In this document: positions 1 through 13,879 of the stretch, piece after piece
Numbering within the stretch: position 1 is the stretch's first letter
Layout: each line of letters opens with the position of its first letter
Source: Chiloscyllium plagiosum
Lineage: Eukaryota
Length of the DNA: 56,724 nt
Assembly (NCBI RefSeq): GCF_004010195.1
Contig: NC_057718.1
Coordinates: 32,006,980 to 32,063,703, forward strand
Direction: 5' to 3'
Made by a program: the position numbers and the translations under genes
Notes under the pieces: generated by a model
Databases searched by the model: none
What the model was told of the DNA's origin: nothing
The model's input: only the letters and a program-made list of their open reading frames with translations

Positions 1-567
1 TCCAGTCTTCCGGCACCTTACCTGTGACTATCGATGATACAAATATCTCAGCAAGAGGCCCAGCAATCACTTCTCTAGCTTCCCACAGGATTCTCAGGTA
101 CACCTATCAGGTCCTGGGGATTTATCCACCTTTAACCATTTTAAGACATCCAGCACTTCCTCCTCTGTAATCTGGTCATTTTGCAAGATGTCACCATCTA
201 TTTCCCTACCGTCTTTATCTTCTATATCCTTTTCCACAGTAAATACTGATGCAAAATATTCATTTAGTATCTCCCCCATTTTCTGTGGCTCCACACAAAG
301 GCCGCCTTGCTGATCTTTGAGGGGCCCTATTCTCTCCCTAGTTACCCTTTTGTTCTTAATATATTTGTAAAAACTCTTTGGATTCTCTTTAATTCTATTT
401 GCCAAAGCTATCTCATGTCCCCATTTTGCCCTCCTGATTTCCCTTTTAAGTATACTCCTACTTCCTTTGTACTCTTCTAAGGATTCACTCGATCTATCCT
501 GTCTATAACTGACATATGCTTCCTTCTTTTTCTTAAACAAACCCTCAATTTCTTTAGTCATCCAGCA
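1..567 (-). mobile_element. CR1/HER1-type LINE ORF2 fragment (linker upstream of RT), runs off window edge
   Basis: ORF 94..561(-) reads IKENPKSFYKYIKNKRVTRERIGPLKD...EILNEYFASVFT...LKVDKSPGPD, typical of CR1 ORF2. Closely similar to 23305-23700. Confidence 0.93.
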
Positions 568-2596
568 GATATGTTATAGGTATTTTAAGTAGGTAGCAAA
601 TAACTTACAAATTTACAATATACCATTATCTCATTGTTAGTAATTAAATTAAAAATCAGTTTTGCTTTCATTTAGCATTTTTGACTGGTGAATGTGAAAC
701 CATGAATATTTTTGTTGCAACAATTGTTAAATCTGTCTCCCAAACAGAAGTAACTTCCTTTATAATTTCATAGAGCATACCAAGCAATGGAATTTTCCCC
801 TATTAATCTTAGGTGAAAGTACAAAAGACATTAGCAGCAGGATTGGTGCAAGTTCTGACAACTCATTAGTATGTATTATTGAGTGAAACATGTAACGAAT
901 CTGCAGAATATTAAAAAAGGAATAAAAATTTGTTTGGCTACCAAAACTAGATTCTTCTGATTAACTACAGATGAGCAATCTGTATGAACTATTTCAGGCT
1001 CCTCTTTGAGAGTCCTCATGTATAATTTGGGTATACCAACAGTGATGCATTCCATGGAAAACTATGGAAACCTGGTAATGATTATTATGCAACAGCTTTA
1101 ATGGGGATTGATTAGTTTGGAAGTCATCTGAACTGTGAAATAATGTCACTTTGTCACTGGAACTTTAACTGAGTCAAAGGATGAAGGTCTTGGACAAATC
1201 CCAACACAATGAGCTCAATCTATTGATCTATCACTGCCTTGATTTCAGTAATGCCTCTGAGGGTAGTGACCCAGTGAAGGGAGGCAAAGTAAGTAGAAAT
1301 CAAATCAAATAGTTTTGTTTTAACAGGGCATTTTGGATATGCATTTTGCTTGAGTACAGCGAGTAATATTTACTATTTTTATCATGTGCATAGTAGACTT
1401 CATTGGTTTTATTAAATTTTGAGTTCTACTGGCTATGGCATATTTGAATTCCAGTGGTGCTCCATGACTATAATGTTATCATGTGAGTTTGCTATTAATA
1501 AACTGCTAATTACTTAACAATAAATGATACAAGTGAACATTATACACAGTTTCATTTGTGCTGTAAGTTATGTGATTGAGGCAGAGTTTACCATGTTAAC
1601 GTTTGAATCCTGGATTCACCTCTGTGTTACTGACTAGTTGAGATAGTAATATATTCTCAAAACCTTCACATACAATCTATTACTGCACTTGGCCTCTTCT
1701 TTGAGTTACCTTTGAGGCCACCCAGAATCCTGTAACATCATGTTGAAATGGTGTCAGAGAAAGGTGGTTGATTCCTCTGTATCTGTCTCCTTCATTTCTA
1801 CCTCAAGCTCATCCAATATAATTACTGTCACTATATCAATATCAGAACTGCTGTCAATTATCTTTCATTCCCAGACAGCTTTGCCTTCTCGAAATTAATT
1901 TCTAAATGATAACATCCTTAACATTATCAGGGCGCATGAGATTGTCAAAGAGGCTTGGTTGAAGATATGCACATGGTCAATAATTTTACCAGTCTGTGTA
2001 GACTAAGATGACCACCTGAAACATGGAGAAGATGTACAATAAAGAGAGGAAATACCAGAGGATGGCCATCTGACAGTTCTTGAGAGCAAATCTGACAGAA
2101 TGGAACTCGATGGATGTTTTACTTCACCAAATAGAGTAGTCTCTCTCACTAACATACCCTCACCAATTCTCTCATTTTCCAAAGCTGTTGCCATGGTCCT
2201 TGATAAGCACAATCTCGCATGTTTTCTACCATATTAAAATTGACAAAAAAGTTAACATTATTCTCAGAAGTAAGCTCAGCATTAGTCAGGAATAACTGTG
2301 TAAATGGAGCGTGAGGGATAGTTCCTTTGTAGACTTACAGACCAGAGTAGTTGATGCCTTCAGAAAAAAAGGTAGTGGATCCTGAAGCTTCTTCATGTAA
2401 AAGTATTAGGGAGGTGAGTCCATTATGACACTCAATTATAGTAACATCTTAATCCACTTCCAAAAGTCTGTGGCTGCTGGACCAAGTTTCTGAGATATTG
2501 TTGCTGGTCAGATTCATCACAGGTTGAATGGTTGAAGGGATGTCTTGGAAGGATTGGCAAGTGTGATGTCAAGTCTTATCCTTGGGTCAACAACTG

Positions 2597-3566
2597 TGTT
2601 ATAACTCACTGGGGGAGTATGTTGAAAATTGAGACTCACTATTTCCAGGGTCATTCCTAAAGTTAAAGATTGTATAAAGTATGTAAAGTTCTCTAAGTTA
2701 TATGAATTTCATATCCAGATTGATAGAAAACAAGGTCTAGATTTTAGTACTGAGCAACAATTACTATTAGTACTAATTGGACTATAGCTACAGTTGAACA
2801 GTTGGAAACCATTGGTGCGTAATACTACTAATTAGAACTCTAATCCCCTTGTAAAGTCCATCTCACACAGGGACGGACAAACAGAAGTGTAAAACTAGAT
2901 TATAGATTGTGGGGAAAGACTAGAAAGGTAGATCAGTCATTTTTGTTCGCAGCTACAGATGTTGAGATAATCTTTACGAGTCTTCCTACTGATGAACATG
3001 TTGCTTCAAGTGTCTTTCTCCCGATGCTTCCACTGGTTGTTAGGAGATACTAAGTGGCCAGTTCCATTATGAGAAAGTGTCTGATTTATCCATTAAAAGT
3101 CACAGCTGAGAATAACTGTTGTAGGAAGAATAAATTGGTTTCCATCAGTTTTACAGTGAGTTTTGATTGCCGAAAAGAGAGAGGCCGCTCCTGAACTAGG
3201 CAAGAACTGTACACTTCTCTCTTTCTGTATCTTGTTCCCAGCTCCAGGCTGTTTAGTTACCCGAGAATCAAACAGTTGTTGACAGGCAAATGTCTTTTGC
3301 CATTAACAAATGGTCACTAGTCTATAGACCAATCAACCTCTTATTGTCAGTAAAAGGTTTGCATCAGTATTCCAACCCCCCCAGGTTTCAAATCATCCGC
3401 AACTATTGCTAGTTTAAACAGTTGTTTACAGGATGCCTGGCATAAGTGTTAGGTTACTTATTTTCAAAAATGCAGGCACCCTTCAATCATAGGCTTTTTA
3501 AAACAGTTCTCTTTTATATACAAGTCCCCAGTTTGAAAAACACAAAATAAAAAGACAGTCATTACA
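2597..3566. mobile_element. Solo LTR (~970 bp), Gypsy- or ERV-type
   Basis: Starts TGTTATAAC and ends GTCATTACA (TG...CA, imperfect terminal inverted repeat). Exact 4-bp duplication ACTG at 2593-2596 and 3567-3570. No recognisable coding sequence inside. Confidence 0.65.
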
Positions 3567-6500
3567 ACTGAAACATTAGCAAGGTGCACAAAGTCCTTCC
3601 AAGCGTATTAGTGCTGCTGAAATCCTGGGCAGTAACAACATGTAGGTTGCAAGGCAGGTTCAGCAATGTGCTCCATCATCTGACCATATTATCGAAATAG
3701 TCTCCAGTGCCTTCACGTGAGATTGATGTTTCAAATTCTTTGTTCTTTTGAAGACTTGACCCCTGAGACTTGGTTCCCAAGTCTTGCCAGCTGAATCGTT
3801 CTTAGCACTGAGGAAGAATGACTTGTAACAGTCTCTTTGCTGCTAAGATGTCAGTCATTTATTTTTCAGGAACATTTTCCCTTTCAATTAGAATGCTGAT
3901 TTTATTGAAAACATTCTTTTCTGTCAAAGATTAAAAGGAATCGACAATGAATACTCATTGTAAATAATGGCCTCATGATAAGAAAAATTTATAACTGAAA
4001 GATGAAAACGTTTGTGTAATGAACCGTACAGTTCTAGCATTCAGCTGGATAACGTACTCAAGTTTCAGTGTTGCTATTTTGCATGCTGCAGTGTTACAAC
4101 ACACTCACGCACTCTTCATTTTCTGCTGGAGTAAAATTGAGCTGCATGATGACAATATACACATTTGTTGACATATTTGCATGTTGCATTCTAATACTAC
4201 AAATGTCCTTCATATGCAAAGCAAATGTTCATTTTTTTAGGTTTTGGAATTGCAAAAATTGCAGTACCAAATTATTCTTGTTCATGTTCATTTTACGGGC
4301 AGATTACAATGTTGAATTATTTATGATTTCTTTTGTGAAAAGGATGTAGTTGAAAAAGGTACATCCACATTACTTATTTCAAATTGGTTTTCACATTTGT
4401 ACAAAAATTGAGAAAATGTTGACCTAACCAGACTTGTATCAGATTAACAATGAGAATCAGTATGTTGTCACATAAGCATTTGGATGTGAATGTTTGTGGA
4501 AGCACTGCATTAATCTCATTCATCACAGTACCATAAATGTTTGCAATGTCTAATTTTATAATGTGGCTGTTTGCAAATTGCCATTGAAAATGCTGCATAT
4601 TTGTATACGATGTGCTGCTTTTCTGTTTGGATATTCAATTCTGGTTTACAAAATAGTATTTTTAAACATTATTGCTACAATTCTTCAAAATGTGTCGGTA
4701 TTGACTTTCACCACTTGTCTTTCCAGTTTGAGGAATTAGAATGAAGTTAAATTGATGACGTGTAGTCATTTTACTTTAGAATTTAATTTGTAACTGGATA
4801 AGCTTGTCACCTGGGGAGAAAACAATAATGTTCAGTATCAGACATTTAACCAGTAATTTAGATAACAATTATAAAAAGCAGTGACCATATTTTAGACATA
4901 TGTTACAAAAGAAGAGAAAGATGCAGTAAAATTCAGTCCTACAAATGTTATTTTATGTAATGTTTCATACAGAGAATGTTTTTTTAATGTGTTTTATTGT
5001 GAACTCTTATATCTTTAGATGTACAGAATCCTTCCCTAAAATTGTTTTGACAAGAAAATCTGTTCTGAGACCTATTTACGTAGGAGGCTTCAATGATGTG
5101 TACTAAATATTTGTTTTCCTCCAATTGGCAAATCTGGAATGCAAGTGGATTCAAGTGGCCACAGTCAAGCTGAGCAGCTGTAACTCAGACCTGAGGTTTT
5201 CTGCCGAATGCACTGAATGGGCAGCCTGTATGTGCATCAACGGATTTGTGTGCAGTGGAAGTAATTTTCTGAGTGCATGGTGGCGGCAGGAAACCTCACC
5301 TGCTAGCAATGTGTATTGGAAAATTATTCCTGTCTCATGTGTCATGTCCTGTGGTATTCCAAGTTTAAACAAAAACTGGAGAACTAATTAATAGTGGCCA
5401 GAATAATGCTGCTGGGATTAGTGAGGAGGCTTTGTTCAATAAACCTCACTCTCCTGCTCCTTTATATAATTTTAGGGCATTGGGTACCATTCTTACATTA
5501 GTAAATTACAAGTGGTTCAAGCATAAAGGACATTGAAGAGATGCTGTTGAGGAAAGTTATCTGATCTTTTACTTACAAACTTCAACTGAGCTGTCAAGTC
5601 ACATGTCCATGTGTAGCCTCTGGTTTAATTTAGTACTTCTCCCCTTGCTTCCTGAAAGTGATTTATCATGCAGCAGTATATCTGGGGGCCCTTCATGTTC
5701 CAGTCCAAATGGCAAGTGTGGATCTAGTGAATGATATCAGCTTTCTTAATCACTGAGATCTCACAGTCAAGTCTCTTACTATCTCCAGCAAAAATTGACA
5801 CCCACACACTTACCAGCAGAGATTATCAAAGTGCAGAGGTGAAACATTTGCTGATTTACTCCAACTCTTCAGTGTTATTATTTCTTGTAGCATCATTATC
5901 ATCTTCCTGAACCTTCAAGGTTTCTTTTTAAAGGCATTTCTTGTGTTGTGAGAGCAAATCTAAAATTTTTAAAATTTAATCTTGTTAGTTGTTCTGAAAA
6001 ATCATGGCGTTTCCTTTGTAATAAGGCCATTTCAAGACCTACAGTACAAGGGCTCAAAGGTTCTTTTCACTTCAGTTATAGTGATGGACAAAAAGAAACT
6101 TCAGAATTGATACATATTCAAAACCTACTGTGAATGCACAATCTATTAATCTTTAATTGTGATCTTAAGTTTTGATACCTCAACTAGAGGAAGTAAGAAA
6201 GGTTGTTGAGTGTGAAATTTGAATTTGGTGTAGAGTAAGGTAGTGATTGTACGTGGAAAATTCTAGCTCTGTTGGCAATGGATTGGAAGGCTATCAACAT
6301 GCCATGAGAATAGAAACCATTAATTAAACTCTGGGGCCTGGAGAAGCAGTTTATGAGGTAAGAGGGCATGTATTTAATTACTGGAGCAGCCACTATCAAG
6401 GTATTGCAGCAGCCTGACTTCATTAACTCCTATGACCACGCTTGGCAGCTCCCAGAACCTTTTATCTGATATTGAGAATGTGAATCCATTGCTATACTTT

Positions 6501-9500
6501 AATTCTCCAGGTGCAGCAGCAGCAAAAGCTGCTGTATGTGGGATGGCACCCTGGGCTATTGCCAACTATTTGTGATGGGAACCCTGCCACTTTGGACAAA
6601 TTCTACCCAGTGAACTGCTAGTCTGTTTCATTGCCTTTCAGTTTTTCTTCCCATTGTGCAGGTATATTAATTGAGGAGCTGATTTTTAATTGCCCATCCT
6701 CTCATGTATTATCATCAAAGTTCTACATTTTACCCTGCTGCAAATTTAATGAAACATAAAACTTTAAAAATCTTTGCATCAATAAATAGTCCCAGGTAAA
6801 AGTTGTTGTTGCATTTCAGTAGGACAAAAGCAAAGCGGTGGCCTTGGAAGACCCTGATTTATGGTGGGTCTCCTGAGGGCTGACGATGCACTCTACAATG
6901 GTAGCTACTTTGAAATCGATGAGAGAAGACAGTTTAGTTTGGGAGCAGTACACAAGAGGCTCAGTCTTGGCGAGGAGGCTATTATTACAGTGCGACATCT
7001 GGGTTGGTAATACTTGTATAAACAGTCAACTATGTCACAAGGTAAGGAAGTTAATTTCGGTCTCAATTCATGTGTCACAGGTGCCTTTGAAGCACTCAGT
7101 TTTTTTAGTTTGTAGACACCTGATGCTTTGTTCTTCGAACAGTGAAATTATGACAGACTGCAGTGATTTTCTGTTTATGTGTGTTAAATAAAAGAGTGTT
7201 ACTATCGAGATGACTCAAGATAATTTGATGAAAAGGATGTAAATGTGGCTTTCTGATACCATCCGGTCTTTGAAACCATCAGCTGAATACAAAGATGGCA
7301 TAAATGCGAGGGGAATGCATTCCTGGTGTCATAAATAAATGTGCTCCATGATTGCTGAACTTGTTGACATTTTTGGTATTGTATGAGCCTTACATTTGTT
7401 TCATTATGTTCATGTTGTTCATATGTTGGTTTAATGTATCATGCAAATCAAGAATATGATTAATATGGCACATACTAGTTGTTTTCCTTCCTGACTATTG
7501 AGCTTTCTGCATCTTTCCTCCTGAATAAATCAGTGATTGTTTCTCCATATGGAGTGAGTTGCTTACTGTTATAGAGTCCATCGCCTGCTTCATGCTGATA
7601 CTTCCTGTTATCTGCTAATTTTGCCTTTAAAACTAAAAGTAGTGAGGATTGAAACAAGGTGATTCAATGTTGGGAAACTAGCCTTTGTATCAAAATGTTG
7701 TTTGACATTTTCACTTGGTTAAATTTACCTGCTGCATCATAGCTAACAATTCTGGGTCAGTTCATAGTTTCTTATGGAAATCTTTTAACAGGAACTACCA
7801 GTCTACTTCATATTCACATGTGCCCTGTGTTATCACCTTGCAAGTACTATTTATTCCTTAGCTTTACACTGCTCTTTAAATTGTGTGTTTCCTTGGATTT
7901 CCAGCCAGCTTGTCCAAATTGTTGATCCAATGTTGACTCTTTCATTGACATTGCCATATATCCCATTCTTGTATGTTTAAGAATTATCCTCCCCTGTGAA
8001 AATAGTGTCAATACCATTCCATTATTGGGGCTAACAATACTTCCACCTCACAGTTGCATTGATATTTCCTTATATACTGCACAATGCTATCATTTTCGCT
8101 AACAGTTGTGCAATCTGCAGCTGAAGGAATTCTTAAATTATTTATTACTAACGTGGACTTTGAGCAAGTTGAGAAAAATTCAAGGATCATTATCACTAGT
8201 GTATTGTGTACTGGATGCTATTTTCGATCATACTTCAAATCTGCAATCCAATTTTGTTTTTTTCTCCTTCAATTCTGTGGAGAAATATGTATTTCTATAT
8301 TTTCATGAAAAGTGCAATGAGTCTTAACTAACAGTTTTGCTGTTGGTTGGGGAGTGAAGCTGTCAACATCCATATTTCTCGGGCACTTCTTGACAACCGG
8401 TAGGACAGTTGTTCAAGGGTTTGGGAAATAGATAGCAACTGCGAATCCTGGCAAGTACATTTACGCATTGAGCAGTAGTTAAGCATGTTAAAATGCAGCA
8501 TCAAGACTCAGTGTCACTTTAAGTTTTGTTTTTGGATCCAATGTACCAGTTTGTTTCAACTGCTAGTTTTAAATTGGTGGGAAATGCTAATTTTTTTTAG
8601 TCCAGAAAATAACTTTGAACTTTTAGGAGTAGAATATAATGATTTTTTTGTTTGAGACAATGCTCCGTGGGTATGGTTCACGATGTCGAGTGAACTCTTT
8701 GACTGAATTGTCTGGCAATGAATTTCATATATGACCACACTTGCAATATCTGAGATTTTGTGGTATTGGAAAGTAGTTAGCACATTGCTTAGAGGAACTT
8801 GCACTTTTTGTCACATTATTATACTGTCGTAATTGTCCCGCATCATAGTCTTCACGTTCCATCACGCATTAAGTGGCTCTATCATTATAGTGGTTATCTT
8901 ATACAGTGACGATTGACAATAAAAACATGTTTCCAGAAATGGAAAATTCAGGTTCACCAGTGCGAAACTGAAAGTAAGAAACCAAACAACCACAGTTTAC
9001 CGGAGGAGTAGGGGATCCAAGCCCACACAACAAAATTCAGTAGTTCAAAATATAAATCTTTGTGACAACAGTGCATGATTATGAAATGGAACAGGAAACT
9101 ATGTTTATTCTACGGAGAAAATAATGGATATGTGGGTGTGATTATAAGGCAGTAATTACATCGAGAGGTGGAAAGCAAATTTAAGTGGTTTATAATCACC
9201 AACTGGAACCAAATAATGAAAATGCACCCTTGAAATCACTCCCACGTACCTGTTTTATTAAATATATGTTGAGTTTCAAACACAGTTTTATTAAATTTTT
9301 GATCTTTTTTGAAAATTCTACATGCAAGTGTTAAGGCTGATATTGATACCCTCTGCACTGCTGGTCTTTGTTGAAGAATACTTCAGGAATGGCACTTCAG
9401 TATTAGTCACTGTGATTTAATCACTGTTAAGTTTTTTTAGTATGAGTTGGTATTACAGCAATCTAGTTGGAAACAACTGTAACACAAGAGAGCTCTCCCA

Positions 9501-10724
9501 GGAGACCTCAAGAATTGCACAGAAGGGCTTGGAAGAGTTACTGATTGATCAAAGGGAAAATCATAAATTTCCTGTAGTTTAATGCAACTTTGTTTCAGCA
9601 AACAATCATTCAAATGTTCTGCATACAGGAGACAGCATTGTAAGGGACTAATAGTGCTAGCAAGAGAACTGCACAGACAGAAGAAGTTGTGCTAGAAGCT
9701 TAATTGCTGAACATTCTTTATGAACTATGGCTACAGTGGCTCTTGTTTTCTTGGCATCAATGAAAGTCTGGCTTTACTGCTAAAATATGTGCTGTTCCAG
9801 CCATAGTCATGTAGACAGCTGACTGCTCTGCCACGTCTGATTGACTGGAATCAGGTATTGAGTAGGCCATTAATACGAAGTCTGTATACCACTGGTCAAT
9901 ACAAAATCACATTGCCTTTGCCTTTTGCCAAACAGGGTACAATGGTTGAACAGTCATGCATTTTGTAGCATACTGACGTTGCCAATGGTGACCAGGTTGC
10001 TTGGTATTCTCATTGGTTATGAAGTGAGAATGCATGCTGCACAATGCAAATGCATTTTAGAGGCTGTAATGTGATAACAAAGCCATTTGCACTTTTTAGT
10101 GATTTAGGGCAATATATTGTTGCTTTTCACTTTAAACACAGATGTTGTACCTCTGTACCATATTTTTAAAAAAATGCAACATTTATCATAAAGCTCATTC
10201 TGTCAGTTAAATCCATTATATCAGTCTTTTGATTTAATATTGATAGTACCTAACCTGCCTTGGACATAAAGCAATATGGAACAAATCAGTGATCGTAGTA
10301 TTGAACATTAGTGACAGTAATGGAAAGTACCTACTCCAACAGGAAAGCCTCAGAAAATTATAATATTGTGACTCATGATGCTATTAAACTTTCCAAATGT
10401 CTTACTGTAACATAATAACCATCAGCTATTGTTATTTCTGTGAGAAATATGCTGCAGCCTTGGTGTTCTTCAGTGTTAACCTTTAAGAATCATTCTGTTT
10501 TGATGGGTTTGGAGATGATTGATAAGCTTAATGTGAGAGTTACAGACTCAGCTACGTGTGGGGCAGGTGCTGCATAGAGGGGAAGGTAAAGGAGTTATTG
10601 GGAGATTTGTGTTCTCTGACATTTGCACTTGGCCTTCCATGTACATGTCAAATTCTCTCAATGTGTGTTTGGTGTCTTCTTGAATAAACCTTTTCTGCTT
10701 TTACTGATCACAAACCAGGAACTC

Positions 10725-11200
10725 TCATGAATTGGCAGGGCTGTTTGACCTCTTTAGGGATGTTTTGAGGACATCCTTGAAGTGTATCCGCTATACTCTT
10801 GGGAATCTCCTACTAAAACCAGGGTGGAGTAGAGCAGTTGCTTTGAGGGGGCTGATGTCAGGTGTTTAATCAAAACCTCCCACACCAGTCAGAGCTGGTT
10901 TTAAGTGATTATCTCCTTGATACAGAGCATGTTGACTTGGGGAACGGCTCCTGCTGTTCGATGTACATTCTTGCCACTGAATTTGGAGGATCTTGCAAAA
11001 GCACTGCTGGTGGTACTTCACTGGAACTTTGAGATGCCAGGTCTTTGAAGCATATGGGACTACAGAGATCCCTGTTGCCTGGTAACCATGACCTTAGCCT
11101 CAGTCTTGAGATTCTGGTCCTCAAATACTTTTTTTGCTCAGGGGTTGGCTTTGGTTCAGCTGGCACACGCAGGGGAGATCACTACTTAGAATGCTTGGGG
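10725..11200 (-). mobile_element. RTE-clade LINE, degenerate C-terminal ORF region
   Basis: Minus-strand translation across frameshifts gives VFEDQNLKTEAKVMV..YASKTW, KYHQQCFCKILQIQWQ, KQLLYS and HFKDVLKTSLKR, matching RTE/BovB-like C-terminal motifs. Confidence 0.75.
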
Positions 11201-11296
11201 ATAGCGGGCAAATTTATCCCTGAAATTCTTCAAAATGACTGCGAAGAAATCATCCCTGCGAGTAGAATGGATATAATCTCTGAGGTCTATCATGAG

Positions 11297-11594
11297 TTTA
11301 GATTTAGATTCCCTACAGTATGGAAACAGGACCTTCAGCCCAACAAGTCCCTACTGACCCTCCGAAGAGTAACCGACCCAGACCCTTATTTATCCCTGAC
11401 TAATGCACCTAACACTATGGCCAGTTTACCTGACCTGCACATCTATGGGGGAAACCAGAGCACCCGGTGGAAACCCACGCAGACACAGGGAGAACGTGCA
11501 AACTCCACACAGACAGTTGCCCGAGGCAGGAATTGAACCCGGGTCCCTCGTACTGTGAGGCAGTAGTGCTAACCACTGAGCCACTGTGCCACCC
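11297..11594 (-). mobile_element. HE1-type SINE (tRNA head, V-domain, CR1-like tail)
   Basis: Reverse complement reads GGCACAGTGGCTCAGTGGTTAGCAC (A box), GGTTCAATTCC (B box), GTGTGGAGTTTGCACGTTCTCCC core and an (AATCT)-like tail. Confidence 0.9.
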
Positions 11595-12458
11595 TGATTT
11601 TTGTTTGTCACATCACAGGCTGTTACTCTCCTATGACAGTGAGTCTGTCAGCAGCAACCGTAGAAGAGAAATAGTTGGTGATATCAAGGCCAGGTTCTGT
11701 TGTTTATTGTGACTAGGAATGGCGTGGGGCGGAGAATGATGGGGTGTGGATTTGAGGGGGAGAGGCTGCAAGACAAGTTGGTAAAGAGAAAGAGGCTGCA
11801 TGGGTTGTCAGGGAGGGTCAGCAGGGGAGGCCTGGGGAGATGGAAAAAACTGGAAGGACGGGTGGATTGAGAAGAAAGCTGGAAGGATACAGGGAAAGAT
11901 AGACTGCAGGGCTAAGGGAAGTGGAAATGAGGGAATGTGAGGCTAAAAAGAAGAGAAAACGTGTAAAATTTTCAGTGAAAATACTCAGCTAACTTGGAGC
12001 CAAGAAACCTTGAAATTACAGAGTAACTAAGTTTCTTAAAAATAAATGTGGAATATCTAGCTTAAGGCTGTATTTGTTCAGGACTTACTATATGGAGAAA
12101 AATATAGTGTGATTCTATCATCATGAATCCAGTTTCAGTTGTCTAATTCTGAGATTGAGACCTGAGATTCAGTAAGGAAAATAGTAACCCTCTGTTTAAA
12201 GTCTTTCAGCTTTGTGTATATGTGATGGAAATGCTGTGATCCCACTTTTCTATAGAAAGTGCATTTGGTGTGATGACTTTTGTGTGTAATGTCAGCTATT
12301 TTGAAAAAAAACTTTTTGGTCTTGTGTCATGTCTAAAAAAAACTCTTTCCTTGTATGTTGTGGCTTTAAGTTTAATGGAGTGTTTTAGTTATTGAGGAAA
12401 CAGGCAGGGGCTGGGTTGCCAACGGTTTGCATTCTGGAGTCCATTCGCATGTCAGTTT

Positions 12459-12788
12459 GAGTGGCATGTTGGTCAGTGGTTAGCACTGCTGCCTCACAGT
12501 ACCAGAGACATGAGTTTGATTCCACCTTTGGGCAACTGACTGGATGGAGTTTGCACATTCTCTCTGTGTCTCTGGGTGCTCCAGTTTCTTCCCACAGTCC
12601 AAAGATTGGCAGTTAGGTAGATTGGCTGTGCTTAATTACCCATAGTCCAGGGACATAATGGTTAGGGGGATTAGCTATGGGAAATGCAGTGTTACAGGAA
12701 TTGGGTGGGTCTGGGTGGGATACTCTTCAGATGGTTGATGTGGACTTGTTGGGCTGAATGGCCTGCTTCTCCACTGTAGGGGTTCTAA
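12459..12788 (+). mobile_element. HE1-type SINE
   Basis: GTCAGTGGTTAGCACTGCTGCCTCACAG head, GGAGTTTGCACATTCTC core, GGGCTGAATGGCCTGCTTC tail. Confidence 0.88.
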
Positions 12789-13189
12789 TAAGTTGGAACA
12801 CAATGCAGGACAATTTGAAGGAGCTGTTTGTAAATACAGGAAACAGTATTACAGCCCTGTCTGAGAATCGCATTGGTAAGTAGAAGCATTTGTAAATGGG
12901 AAGACCCCCCCCCCCCACCACCCCCTGCAGTATTGATGAAATCTATGTTTGCTTCTGAGTGGCTCCATGTTCCACAAAACCAGCATAAATGCACAAGGTG
13001 CTGTTGCCACATGACTGAATAATCAAATGAGAATGAAGGCGGTATTGAAAAGGAGCTGCCAAAAACCGAAAGCATGTCCTTAAGTAAATCTTTACAAGAG
13101 CGCTCAGAGAGAAAAGAACGTATGCTGGAGGTGACAATGAATTTTGTCACCTGTGCCCTGCCTCCTTGGAGAGTAGATTTCAAAGAAAT

Positions 13190-13870
13190 GGAAAATGCTT
13201 TACAGTTTCCAGGATCTTGCCAATGATCTTAAATGATATGCGAGGAGTTATTTTTCTGTGAGGGCTGGTTGGTGGAGGACTTGGTTTTGCAGATGCTAAG
13301 AGAAATTCCCTTTTTCTCAAATGCCTGAGCTCGGTTTCTGAGTGACCCATCTACATCCAGGAGCGCCATGACTGAAATTAGAATGATTTTGATATTGAAT
13401 TGAAGTTGGAATAGGTTCAAGATTTTCCTGTTTATTCAGTAAATTCCACATGTGGGCAATTTGCTGAAACTGAGGTGCAGTACTGCCCTGAGGAAGATGG
13501 AGGAGAACAGTGGGCTGATGGAATTACACAGCCTTGTTTAGGATCATTCATCCCTGAGATATGGTGTGCAGTAGTTCAGTTGTTGATGATCACAGATGGC
13601 ATGTCATTGTGGAGTAGTTGGAGGACAGCAACAAATTTGTGAGGACAGCCAAGTTTGAGAAGGATACTCCATAATTGACAGTTAAACAGTTTTAGATCAA
13701 GCAAAGTTCTTGTACAGTAACTGGAACTGTTCCTTGTATTTGTCTTCAGTTTGCCATGCATTGAAGCTTAAGCCTGTGGTGCCTCTTGATATTTGGAAAC
13801 TTCAGTGCAGCATTGGGAAATGCTGTTTGGTCACTGATAGGAGGTTATTGAAGAGGACCTGGCATTTGGC
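13190..13870 (-). mobile_element. RTE-clade LINE, degenerate RT domain
   Basis: Minus strand: LFNNLLSV..SRGTT..EDKYKEQ, LWSILLKLGCPHKFVAVLQLLHNDM, GISLSICKTK..QP, KILETVKHFP; all RTE RT motifs. Confidence 0.8.
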
Positions 13871-13879
13871 AATCTATTC

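Noticed and set aside
7450..8900. Several short minus-strand ORFs as a decayed gene or transposase
   Set aside because: No motif I can assign; compatible with random AT-rich sequence.
10532..10712. Short TGTGA...TCACA segment with AATAAA as a second solo LTR
   Set aside because: No matching TSD (TTAA versus AACC) and only ~180 bp; insufficient support.
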